A stretch of DNA of 60,680 bases, counting the filler, from Sphacelaria rigidula (lineage: Eukaryota): the NCBI GenBank assembly GCA_964200075.2. It is 8 parts of 8 records of this genome, joined end to end, with 100 filler letters (N's around TTAATTAATTAA, not from the genome) between each part and the next. Parts side by side here need not be neighbours in the genome. Positions count along the whole stretch, not along the records: positions 45,587 to 53,083 come from CAXNAA020014645.1; positions 53,184 to 60,680 come from CAXNAA020014646.1; 6 more parts are not named here. One strand, written 5' to 3'. Below, in pieces: positions 49,114 to 60,680 of the stretch (positions are counted from its first letter, which is position 1; every line of letters begins with the position of its first letter). A model generated the notes under the pieces. It saw nothing but the letters and a program-made list of their open reading frames with translations, did no database searches and was not told the origin of the DNA. A program made the position numbers and the translations under genes.

Positions 49114-51662
49114 GGGGTGAGGGGGGGGGGGGCTGATGACCCGTATAGTACCGTTGGCTGTAGCGCCATAAATAACTGGAAATGACGAAAAATGAGCCGG
49201 GAGGATGGTTCATTACAGTGTTCATCACAACACCCGGATCGAGCAAATATAGCGAAGAACCATAATCTGGGGTCGCGTAGTCGTAGAATCTCCGACATGT
49301 TAGCCCGTAAGCCGTTCAGAACCGATCGTAAATAAGATCTTCTACGCGGAATTCGTTTCAATAACTATCATCTCTCCACCTCCATACTTGGCATCAAACG
49401 CTCATCGAAATGAGTGGTGGTAACCGAATAACCTGCGGATATCACTTTTCAAATCGAAATTCTTCGATCAAGCGTTGACCACCACAGCGCAGTTTCAGCG
49501 TGTACAAATGGACAACCAGGATAACTTCCACGTCAAATAACGCAGCGGTCTACAGCTTCTCATGCTGTGCCTATAGAAAATTGATTGATCGATTGATGAT
49601 CTCACATTAGCTGATTACAACAATCCACCCTGTCATCAGGAGCAGCAAAAAGAAAGAGCAGACTAAGAAAGAAAGGAAGGAACAAAAAAAGACAGGAGCA
49701 ACAGCCACAAAAAGGAAACAAGAAAGGAAGCAGCGATAGCAGCAACAACGACAACACACAAACAATACAACGAGATGATTATCTCGCATCACGTAGCTGA
49801 TTGCAACACCCCAGCTCGTGATCAGAAACAGAAAAACATATGTTCGAACCACTGATCTCGAACAAGCACCAGGCACAGTACACAGTCAACCCTCTTGGCC
49901 GCGAGATCCCCTCATACCTTATTGCTAGGCGAACACTAGAGTCCATAATTAGACCCGTCCGCTGCAGATAGTTCTTGTGCGAACGGGTTAGTAGCACTTG
50001 AATCCTCACTTTTTCTCGTGTGGTACCCAGCATTGACCTACAAGCCCTCGACTCCAATCAATGATCATCAAGGTCTCGCAACGAAGCAAATGCCCTCCAA
50101 GGTTGTGTTATGCAGCGTACGGGCATGTTCGTCAGGGTATCATGTTTCCTACTGTCATTACAGATCTATCGGATACCAGTATTGAAGTCTTACATAACCT
50201 ACAGAACCAGTCGGGTGCGGTATGCAGGTCGTACAAAAACCCTCACCCGCAGCGGAGTATTTCTACAAGGATATACCCGTACTCCGGGTCAGGGTAAACA
50301 TTTTACACAGATCGTGTTAAACTGTCGGGAACGGGCATTATCCGGATAAATACCCCGAGTATACAAAATCGTACCCTGAAAAACACAACCTTGGACGGAT
50401 CTTTCTGGCATCGAAACTATACCGATATATACCATTACTGAACACGACATTGGCTGTGTTTGAGACATCGCCATACGCACACTGGAGTGTGGGAAAGATC
50501 TCGTATCCAATTCACAGAGAAGGAGCCGAACGCACGTGCGGCAGCACGAGGAATCCTCCGAACACAAGTGAGAAGGGTGTTGTAAATGTTTGTAGATCAT
50601 TTTTGAGCGTTCACGTTTAGCAATCATTTTCACTCTCAGTTTGTCATAGTCGCCGCATGGACGTCGCGCTACGTCCGAAGCCATTTGTACCTCTCCCGCT
50701 TTGATTAGATGCCTTTGGCAAAAACAAAACAAAACACAGTGCTCTTTGAACGCCCGATCAATTGATGTCCATTCACCCCGGCAGGCAAGCTGTCCAAGCC
50801 TAGAAGACAAATGGCACCATGCTATAATTTTCAAACGGCTGCCAGCTACGAGCACCGTCGACGTGGCGAAAGAGCCGCCGGTGGTGATCAAAGGCAACAG
50901 TAGTGCGGGCCCGGGTACTGACGTTGAGGTACTTTCGGGAAGTATCCCGAACGGGCCTAACGATAGTGTCAGCGCGGGCAGCGAGGTTAGCAGAGACTAT
51001 TCTGATGTTGAAAACAAAATCGACGCGGACAACGAGAGCGGCCCCACCGACATGCTGCGCGAGACGCATCTTCATACTCCCAACTACTGCGCGGGGATAT
51101 TTCCGGAAATCCGGGAGTCTGCTGTCCAACACTCTCTCGACTCCGCACTGTATCGCCAACTAGGTATTGTCGTGGGAGGCTCGGGTACAACCGAATCGCG
51201 CCTCTTTCCATGCAGTGGCGAGCCCAGAATGTGAGGTAACGGTGGAGCAATCAGGACAGTATGCGCCCGGTGCACTAACAGAAAGTTGACAAAAGCTCAC
51301 AGAGGTGAGGCCACCTAGAATAAAACGCAACGTGAAAAGCATAGAAGCCATCAGTTGTGCTCTCGACATTTTTTGTTGTCATCCTTCCACCTTGGATACG
51401 CATTGAAATACTATCCGCACGATCCTGCGTGAGTTTTCTTCTCTTTTTTTCCCAACGATAGTCCGTTCTCTGCGTCCTCTGCGTCTTTGAGCAGGCCTGA
51501 TCCAACGATCACCGCTAGAAGCAGACGATGAGAAGTTCAAAAGCATTTCTTTGGCCCGCCAAGTAGATGACGATGCTCTTGGCGAGTGCCACGCAACGAG
51601 GGGAGACTAGACAGTTTCTGATTTCATTGAGGGTGAAAGAGCTTTTGCACTTCAAACTTCCA

Positions 51663-51796
51663 TACCCTGGACAACGGAATACACAGTCAAGAAATGTACT
51701 GCGTACAGTACCGACTAATGCGCCTATTGCAACAGACAATAGATTCCATACTGAACGCAGTACCTTTTTTTACAATAGAATCTCTTGTCCAGGGTG
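51663..51796. mobile_element. Small MITE (CCCTGGACAA TIR); inverted partial copy at 52689-52760
   Basis: TACCCTGGACAA ... TTGTCCAGGGTG; 52689 TACCCTGGACAAGAGATT matches the reverse complement of the right end. Confidence 0.7.
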
Positions 51797-52789
51797 TGCA
51801 AACTTCCCCTTCTAAGCACGCAACCTGCCTCGTCCTTGGTATGGAGTCAAGAAATCCAAAGGGACGCAACTCCCCATCCTCCGCCTCCAGCGCTGATCGC
51901 TGAGAGATTCAAAGCCAGTTTTGAGGTGAGCGACAACAGAAAAGTCTAAGGTGATGGGAAAGATGCGAAAGGCTCAAAAGGGTAAGGGTGTCGGACCCTC
52001 GGTAGTACTCAGGCGAGAGGCAGTAGACAACAACGTGCATAGCAGGGTTCACAGCAGATGCGGGAGCAGGAGGAGGAGGAAAAGGACGGGAAGGAGGAAG
52101 AGAAGGAGGAGGAAGGGGAACAAGAGGAGCGGGCAAAGTCAGACCTCAGCTCAAGAGGGCATACGCGCACCCCACAGTGGCGTTTTTCTCTCATTTTATG
52201 AAGGATTACAACAACCAAATGCAGTGGGTGTTGCAGGTGTTGGCGATACATTTTGCCGGAACAATGTGCGCACTTCCTGTACGAACGTCGTAGGCTCATC
52301 ATGAGTCCCTTCTGCTATTACCGAATTACATAAGCTTACATGTGAGTTGTGATTGTCTTTGGTCATTTTTGTCCAAGGTTTCCGTGAGGGATGGTCTTGG
52401 TTGGAGATCGTTTCCAACCACAATAGCCATCGAATAAAGCCAAGCCAACCAACACACAGCAGCACGCAGGTGTTTCCAACAAGTACGAGTCGAGGGAATT
52501 TGGCACGTGTTTGAGGGGTGACGTGAATAATACAGGCCAAAGGATGAAGGCGTTAATTGATTTTTCTTCGGCCCTCCGGGGGGGGGGGGAAGGGGGGATG
52601 GTACATAGGTGTGCGGGATTTTGTTTTCGTGTATCCCTGTCCAACGTCGAGTATTTCACCGTGTGTTCACGACCAGATACGCCAGCTATACCCTGGACAA
52701 GAGATTACATTGGCAAAATTGCACTGCGTACACTATCGGATCTATCGTCTATTGCAATCCATTACTGGGTTTCCCACTACTGTAGTGTG

Positions 52790-53006
52790 CGTGTGTGTTA
52801 GTGTTGTCGTCCCATCTATTCTGGACGCCGGTCTACACCTTTCGGTATATGTGGACGCACCAGCCGGGGTCACACACGAGTTTTTTCTTGTTTGTTTTTT
52901 ACTACTCCACCTTCCTTCTGAGGTGCTTGCCTCTATTTTTTATCGTGAGGGGATCAGTAGTCCCTTTCCCTCGTCGACCGTTAAGTCGCCTTTTCTGTAC
53001 CCACGA
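52790..53006 (-). repeat. Dispersed SINE-like repeat with a (CA)n tail; partial copies at 11748-11825 (+) and 37810-37889 (-)
   Basis: Shared core GTCT(A/C)CACCTTTC(G/A)GTATATGTGG(A/G)CGCA(C/T)CAGCC next to a (GT)n run, in three contigs. Confidence 0.8.
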
Positions 53007-53588
53007 CCCAACCGTCAGAAGGTTTCAAGGGTAGGTCGAGTAGAGTATGTTCTTTTGAGTACTCGAGTAAAATACTCAAGTATNNNNNNNNNNNNNNNNN
53101 NNNNNNNNNNNNNNNNNNNNNNNNNNNTTAATTAATTAANNNNNNNNNNNNNNNNNNNNNNNNNNNNNNNNNNNNNNNNNNNNGAGGGGGTGCGGAAAAA
53201 AACTAACAGACGAAGCGTTGCCGGGGGGGGGGGGGGGTGCATCTCTAGGAAGAAAATACGTGGAAACGGCACCTTTTTTGCCCAATTAGAATGAAATTCC
53301 AAAGGGTACAAAGCAAGGGTGTGCTGGAAGATATAATCACACCCCGCACAACCCGTGGATTACTGGTTGAAAGATAAGCTGACGACCGCGTGTGCTGCTG
53401 TGCACTTGATGCTGTTGCATCGATGGCTACGTGATACAAACTTACACTGTGAGTCCACGTCGCGCGCATCAGCAAAGGGTCTTGCAAAATGAATATTTAC
53501 CTGTAATATATAACATTTTTTTTCCCAGTGAACCGAATGGTGATAACCTGGACCGTGCGGATCGGTCGACTGGATCAACCATACGCAG

Positions 53589-53726
53589 GCTCACGGATCA
53601 CGGAGTGCCGGGAGCTCTCTTAGGCGCTTGGTGTCCGACAGGGATGGGGGTGTCTGCAGCAACGAAAGCTGTGGGAGAGACTGCCAAGCCTTGGTTTCCA
53701 GGCTCAAGGCCGTGGAAAGTCTGCAG
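53589..53726 (+). CDS. ZRANB3: ZRANB3-like annealing helicase/HNH endonuclease, exon
   Basis: CAG/GT bounded; AHGSRSAGSSLRRLVSDRDGGVCSNESCGRDCQALVSRLKAVESLQ matches the LR..L....GVC..C..D motif upstream of the HNH. Not present in the ORF track. Confidence 0.75.
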
Positions 53727-56700
53727 GTACTTACAGCAGAATAGTTTATTTCCTCGCCGTGAAGGAAGAAATCCCTGCGGTCGCGGGGCCATGCCGCGCG
53801 GTAGGCACGCACACGGTACCAACCTTGCCACCAGAGAATAGCGAAAACAGCGAAAGGGTTCAAAAGGTGGTGATTTTTCAATATAGCCTCGCAGAGAACC
53901 ATCCCGCGAGATTCCTCTCAGTGCGAGGAGAAAAGCCAAGGAATGTGTTGGCGTCTCATGTGCCTCTCTATGTCTCACTACAACGCCTCAATATTCAAGA
54001 ATCTGTCTATTTGCGCCACACAAGTTGAGCCGAATCGCATTTTTTTTGCTCTAGTAAAGCCAAATCGTGTGAGAATGCGCCTCAGCCGGGGCTTTGCCGC
54101 AGACCGAAGGTACTGGCAAGATCCAGTACACCGGCTGCTGAGGCATCCAGCGCATAATATACTGGCTGACTGCGCCAGTATCCAGCCCCACCATTCAACC
54201 TTTCCTCGGATGTCTTCGCGGTAGAAAAACAGCTTTCGTTACCGATCCCTTACTCCTTTCCAGTTTCACCAAACCGGCGGCGTCCTATTTCCAAGCTCCG
54301 ATAGGAGAATGGGTCTCCGTCAGCGACAATAGAGAAAACATGTTTCATTGGCACGGGTCACGCCTTGCTGGATTGACTCCTAAAAGCTGATGTCATCTCA
54401 CAATGCAAATCTCACGCCACTCGATGTATCTCTTCTGTAGGCAAGATAATTTTGTGTGCTCTACTGTGTCTTTTGAGCAGCTTTCGTCCCCTGCGGCAAT
54501 CGAAAATCGATCTTACGTTTGCAGATGAACGTCGAAGCAGCCGCAGATTCCAAATTGAACACGATCCTGTTACGTTCATTTTAATGCCGATGGGTTGCCC
54601 CTTGGTCGATCGATTCCCCAAAAGCTGATCTCAGCCCACAGTGCGACCCTCGCACCGCTTGATGCATCTCTGTGAAGGCAAATACGTTTTGTGGGCTATC
54701 ATATGTGTTTTAAGCAGCTACCGTCTCTTGCTGCATGGAAAAATCTATTTGGCATAATAAGACGGATCTGCCGCAGATACTATTAAATACGAACCTGCTA
54801 GGGATGGGACATTCCACCTTGCGATCCGCGATTTGAGTTTCAAGCCCACACGTACGGCTCTTACAGCACTCAAGGACGTTGGGTACGCCAGATGCTCACT
54901 ACACGCGTGGCAGACCTTCGAGTCACTCGAACATGTCCTACGGCATGAAATCGGAGCCGAGGGGTGTTTTGCCTGAACAACAGCAGCCAAAGAGAACACA
55001 ACGGCTGCACAGCCATCACCTAACTCTTCAACTTTGTGTAGATAGCACTGTGTTCCCACTCCAATTATGTCCAGACGGGAACACAAAGGCAATTTAGCAG
55101 CTGCGGTAGCGTCCAGCGCAGATCCAACTGCCCTCGCAGAGTTCAAGCGCGCCACAGTACAGTGACAACTACAGCTTTGAAATGATGGGTGTTAAGACAG
55201 AACACCATGACGCTTTTAGCTGTGTATGAAGAGGACTGCGTGCCCACTACACTTTTTGCACCGACCGGGACACAACAACAATATAAGTACAGCACTTCAG
55301 GCAATCCCCAATACAGATCAAACCGTCTTCGGAGGTTGAAACGCAGCCACACGGCAGGGTCAGCTACAGCTCAGGGATGATGGACCTTGATACGAAACGC
55401 CTTGGTCGTTGCCAAAGGCACAACGTCCAGCAAACACATCATGGTGACTCTTCGACTTTGACGAGACAGCACTGCGTAGCGATTACAGTTTTTTGTACAG
55501 GCGGAACGCAGCATCAGTACGCCAGCTCAGGCAATCCCAACGGAGACCAAACTTTCTTCGCAAGGTCTGAACATACCATAGTACAGTGACAGCTACAGCA
55601 CATGAGCGGGCGTGAGTGTACTTGTTCTGCAGCATGACATGTTGTTCTTTGGTTCTTAACCCGATTTTGAGTAGCTCCTCGACCATGGCCGGGCATTCAA
55701 AATGAGGTGTCCATTTTGATCAGACACTCGCTCTCAGACCAAAGTTCAAAATCGCAACTGATTTTGCCTCATAATATGCGGGATTTTTCACTTTTAGTCC
55801 AAAATTGGGCACAGTTTTGATTTTGAAGAAGTCCTTACAAAAGCCGGTATGTTGGTTTGTCTGTTTTCCAGATTACGACGTTGGATGCAAGTGTAGCGTT
55901 TTAACCGCCGGGACTCCAAAGAATGGTATGTTGGCGTTTGTTTGATTTTGGACCATATATCCAAGGATTGACTATTCGGAATGTAAATCCTTCGACCGCC
56001 AGGGTTCACAATCTCGGTCACCCAGTATATTTTCGGGTGAAAATCATGCCGATTCCCCGATTGAATACCTGCGGCGCTAAATGTCCGTTTGTTACATCGG
56101 CACGATTTTCATTTCTTCTTCAGGTGAAAAAAGGCTTGACCTCACACTGAATCAAATGGTAGATGCTCAAATCTGGCAAAAATGATATTGCTGGCAAAAA
56201 AAAAAAATGCAGCTCGGGATTAGCAACGCCGACGAAGCTTGTCAGATTGATATGACTGGATTGAATCATACTGTGGATTTTATTTGTACCCTCCCCCGGT
56301 ACTACGCACACAAAGTACGAAACAGATGACTCGAGGGATAGGTGAGTAAGAATGCCCTGTTGAACCGATGATTTGATACTTGCAGGCTTCCTCCTGGCAG
56401 TGCTGTCATATTCCCTCGCTGCAGACGGTAAACGAATGGTACTGTTTGTTTAGACTTTCATCTCTTGAAAGGAGACACAAATGTGGGGGCGCTCACCTTT
56501 ATCTAACAATGTTTTCAGAAAACAAAAACAAGAACACGAGAGATAAATAGAAGCAATAGCCAAGCAAGTGATGAAAACAGATCATGGAGGCGATCGCGAA
56601 CATTCCATAACGTCCAGCTTCGAAGCAGGGATCTCTCCCGCAGAAGCCTTTTTCCCCCCGTTCCCCGCTCTCCAGCTTGGATGCTCCGACGAGTTATAAT

Positions 56701-57951
56701 CCTTCATGAACGTTTTTGAAGCCCCTTGGTTTCGTTCACGTTCAGAAACAGCCAAAACACAAACAAGTTGAACAACTTCCGAGCTTTGTTGTCCTCCGCT
56801 TTTTGCGACTGGGTACGACTCGCACGCCGAATACAAAATCGACACACGAAACCTTCATGTTGCCATTCAAAATGTATTCGGTGACACTATTCTGTTGTGC
56901 CGTACAGTGCTGTGTGTTCGCTCTGAACCCCTTTGATTAACGGGAAGAGCGACTTCACCCAAGCGGACCGTCGCTAGGAAAAGCCGTAATCTTTCCCGAG
57001 ACAGCACATGCACGAGACATCGACGGCGTCGCCGTTTGTTCTGCCGCGAAACACTACAACATATGTTAGACGGTTTGTGTGCCCAGGCTTTTGGGGCAAG
57101 TTGTCGAGGATAGTCGGGTGCGAATGCGGGGAGATTCGGAAAATAGTTTTCGGAAAAGAAGACAGTGGATTTGGTGATTGCGCTACCTTACCTTGGTTTG
57201 GTCGGTCGTTGTGTGTGTGAACGACAAGTAAGCGCGTAGAGATGCGATTATTCTGCGGGTGCACATGGTTGCGGTTTTGGAGCTCGTATATTGTCGCCCA
57301 CTGTGACGAGCGCAGGCAGGAAGGTCGTCTAGCATGATCTTCACAAGGCACGAGGCGAGTCCAAAAACGGCAGCATCCAGAAGAGAGCGAATGATTTCGG
57401 TGTACCGTGTGCTTATGTGGTGTGAGTACGGTACGGCGAGGGATGAAGTGAAAGCATCCTTGAGTGCACGGCCGTACGAGGCTAGAACATGGTCAGACAC
57501 GTGTATTATAAAAATATCGTGAAAGGGTGTGCCTAACAAATTCCGAGCGAGGCAAATGTCGAGCATTTTTGCCGAATTTCCGCCTTCTTGCAAAAATTAT
57601 GCGGCGTGTTTAGGCCAAATACGCGGAGGTATGCCCGTTTCTACACTACAGCCCGTCTAAGAATATACATGCAGATACATGAATGTGATGTGGCGGCCCG
57701 GTGGTTTAACTGATACACCGATAGCCAGTAGGAGCGAAAGGTTGCGGGTTAAAATCCCTTGATATTAATTTTTGGTGGGGGAAGAATCTGGATCCCGTCG
57801 TCGATATAGATTTTGCCCACGCAGTGTTGCGGTCATGATGATGATACATCCCTACCGGCACGACAGGTGTTCCCTCTACACAATCCTACACGAAGAAGAA
57901 ATAATGGGCTTATCGCGTCTTGTTTTGCTGTTCTGTGTGCTGATTTTTCAG

Positions 57952-58086
57952 AAACGGCGGGACATCGTTACGGCAGCCGACCCCCGGTTCGAAGAAGACA
58001 AATACCGAACCGCCAGGGAAAAACTGGTGCGGCAACCGAGAGAAGGAAATGCGTGGCATGCCGATCATGTTACCGCTGTCTATGAG
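57952..58086 (+). CDS. ZRANB3: ZRANB3-like gene, HNH exon
   Basis: TTTCAG/GTGCGT bounded; KRRDIVTAADPRFEEDKYRTAREKLVRQPREGNAWHADHVTAVYE. Confidence 0.82.
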
Positions 58087-58161
58087 GTGCGTTAGAAGTC
58101 AAGGAGGGCTGGTATATACGTGCCAATTTCAAGCCTGACGCGGTGATGTTGTGCCGATTTC

Positions 58162-58462
58162 TTTTTTGTCCCTCGCACTTTGAACCCTCCCCCTTCCTCG
58201 GGATTAATCCGTGGTCTCGAGGGATCAACCCATCTCTCCCCCGGTAGGCGCCTTACATTTTGGTCTCGCGGCTTGGGTCAGCACTCCCGCACCGCGTCAA
58301 CTCACGTCAAACGAACTCAGTCGACTACTTTGTTTACTCACGTCCTCACGCTTTCCACGGTGGGAATCATACATCAAGAAGAAAAACCCGACGCATCGGG
58401 AATCGAACCCTCATTCTCTGCACCCCAGTGGCGACAGTCGGACCATTACACCACCGGGTTGC
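58162..58462 (-). mobile_element. tRNA-derived SINE, family A, in a ZRANB3-like intron
   Basis: Minus-strand head ACCCGGTGGTGTAATGGTCCGACTGTCGCC...GAGGGTTCGATTCCCG with A and B boxes. Confidence 0.8.
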
Positions 58463-58731
58463 AGCGGCAATGTTTCGTTATTTTATACCGGACAGACTCG
58501 CCGCCATTGAACCCAGTTCTCGCAGGGGTCATGTAAGGACGTCTCGTGTCGTTTGGTTAGCCGTCTGTAGCTGGCATACACCCGACACTTGACTAATGCA
58601 CTTGCTTTTAGAGTAACTCGCGGCAGACTGCAGAGTTGATGTTGCCGTGCTCTTTCCGGCGACGGGGTAAACTCCTTTGTTACGACCGTATTCTTGATCA
58701 TCCTGTACAACCCTCATGTACTTGACGACAG

Positions 58732-58841
58732 GGAGGAGGCGAGTGCGGGGTGGACAACCTACGGACGCTTTGCGTGATTTGTCACGCAGAAGTCACGAGG
58801 AAGCAGGCCGCGGAGCGTGCTGCAGCAAGAGCCTCAGCAAG
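58732..58841 (+). CDS. ZRANB3: ZRANB3-like gene, HNH exon
   Basis: CAG/GTAAG bounded; GGGECGVDNLRTLCVICHAEVTRKQAAERAAARASA(R) completes W.ADH...V..GGG.C...NLRTLC..CH...T. Confidence 0.85.
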
Positions 58842-59232
58842 GTAAGACGGTGGCTACGACCCATGTATCACGGAGGGTCAGGGTGCAAACATGCAACCCG
58901 TATCACACGTGTACATAGCGTGCGTCGAAATGATTGAAGCGCACATACATCCCGTCCATGTGTCTCGGCGTAGTACCTGATTACCGTACCACATTGCGCT
59001 GTTTTGCATCAGCACATGAGCCAGCGTGTGTATTTGTTGTAACGTGCTTGTACGGAGGCATCGGTGTCGTGACAATACTCGTATCCGCAGATACAGGTAG
59101 TTCATCCCTGCGCCTTGTTGTCACCTCCGACCGCATTTTTGAATTTTCTCCTTGCTTTCCCCCCGCTTGGTGATGAAACCGCATTTTTTCACGGCCTGGC
59201 GCGTTGTCCTTTTTCTTCCTGCGGCGTTGCAG

Positions 59233-59950
59233 GGCAGCAAATGGTACCAAATCGCTGCAAGTCAAGCACATCCCGGGCCAGCGGCGACTCGTAAGTTTCG
59301 GCGGTGGAATTACTCTATCTCAGGGAAGCACAGGATCGCGCCAAGCCTCGCCTACCGACGCTGACAGGAACCCGATAGAGGTGGACCTGGACCCAGATCT
59401 ACCCGAGAATGGAGCGAGCGACAGCGGTGACGTGAATGACTGCGGCAGCTCTGATGAGGAAGGCCTCATCTCAGAGTCGCGTACCAAGGGCACCAAGGGC
59501 GCAAAATGGCGAGCTTCCGCAGGGGAACCTGGCAGTAATCGCACGACTAGCGGTCATGACAATAGTAGCGCTTGTCGACGTCAGAGTTACGTCGCCCGCG
59601 CCTGCAGCGTCGGCGTTGCCAAAGGTGGCTCTGTTCGTCCGCCATCCCCAGAACAAGGCACAGATTCACGTGATGTTTTTGAGCGATTGGTGAGCGGGGC
59701 AGACCTGTTCGCAACCGGTGGGGGGGGCTCGGCTACTTTAAACGGTGTGGGCAATGTCGATCTCGCGAAAGGTATATGTAACGGTGGCGGGGGTAAGGAC
59801 GTTGGGCGGCGTGAGGAGAGTGCTTTTCCGCTGACACGCGTACAGAGAATGAGTAGACCCAAAAAGTCGGTTGCCGAGTCCAGTGGCACCGTACGCGACA
59901 GCATTTGTTTGGACATCCATTCGTCCTCGTCTGATGACAGCGATAAATAG
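59233..59950 (+). CDS. ZRANB3: ZRANB3-like gene, terminal low-complexity exon
   Basis: Polypyrimidine tract plus TGCAG acceptor, phase 2 compatible with the previous exon, open to TAG at 59950. Confidence 0.7.
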
Positions 59951-60439
59951 CCCTTGCAGCCGGTGAATGACGATCGATGTGCCTCATGATGATTTTGCGT
60001 TCAAGGGGGGAGTCCTTTGAGTGGTCGTATAGAACTGCCTCCGGGCACCGATGAAGATCGGGAGATGGACATGTGACATGTGTAAACTCCTGACTGTTGG
60101 CCGTTTAGTCGGTCAGCGATAGAGGGGGGTCAAAATCGTCCATTGTTTTCAAGAGCTGAGTTAAGGAGTGTCATTGGTGCCCGTTGTGGACAAAGAAAGA
60201 CACATGATGTGTTTATTGTCTGAGACAACATTTTTTCCTTCCGCCCCACTGAACACGTTTTCATGACCTTGTAAGAGCTTGCTCCACAGAACAACCACGA
60301 CTTTACCTGTAGGCACCGCATTTTTCCCCGGCCGTATTTTCGTCCAGAGAGGCCGCTCTCGAAACCTCGGAGCCAAACAAATTGGGAAAGTGGGCCAGAC
60401 TCCTCTCGGTGGGGCGCTGCAAAGTGTCCAAGACGTATG

Positions 60440-60598
60440 GTGGCGATATTCCCTGTTTCCGGACCAAAAAAGATGTCAAATGTCCCGAAAGTGGGAAATA
60501 CGCCTCCCCCCCCAAAATACCAGCTCCGTGGCGATATTCCCTGTTTCCGGACCAAAAAAGATGGCAAATGTCCCGAAAGTGGGAAATACGCCCCCCCC

Positions 60599-60600
<2 letters not shown>
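60440..60600 (+). repeat. Tandem duplication with a ~88-bp period
   Basis: GTGGCGATATTCCCTGTTTCCGGACCAAAAAAGATG.CAAATGTCCCGAAAGTGGGAAATACGCC occurs twice. Confidence 0.9.
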
Positions 60601-60633
<33 letters not shown>

Positions 60634-60680
60634 AATCCAAAGACAAATAATAAATGAAAACAACAAAAGAACCATCTAAC

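Noticed and set aside
50701-51234. 177-aa ORF (and the 162-aa ORF at 33841-34329)
   Set aside because: No identifiable domain; possibly TE relics, but unsupported without a search.

Overview
Eukaryotic, intron-rich, repeat-dense DNA. A brown alga (Phaeophyceae) or related stramenopile is my inference from gene structure and repeat style. The window is not one locus. It is eight separate 7,497-7,498-bp contigs joined by artificial 100-bp N44-TTAATTAATTAA-N44 spacers: 1-7498, 7599-15096, 15197-22694, 22795-30292, 30393-37889, 37990-45486, 45587-53083 and 53184-60680. Recognisable spliced host genes are the last 7 exons of RRP5 (minus, contig 3), the last 4 exons of a ZRANB3-like HNH gene (plus, contig 8) and one exon of a possible CWF19L2-like gene (contig 7). 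Contig 4 is mostly a decayed gag-bearing retrotransposon. The rest is tRNA-derived SINEs, retroelement tails, hAT- and Tc1/mariner-type MITEs, fold-backs and odd short-word palindromic arrays. The most interesting item is in contig 6. A spliced (GT-AG) ParB/sulfiredoxin-fold gene with a probable HTH sits head-to-head, with start codons about 780 bp apart, with a spliced DUF7869/Sola-like transposase-type gene. Both look disabled. This is a candidate ParB-carrying two-gene eukaryotic DNA transposon. All homology calls are by eye; no searches were run.
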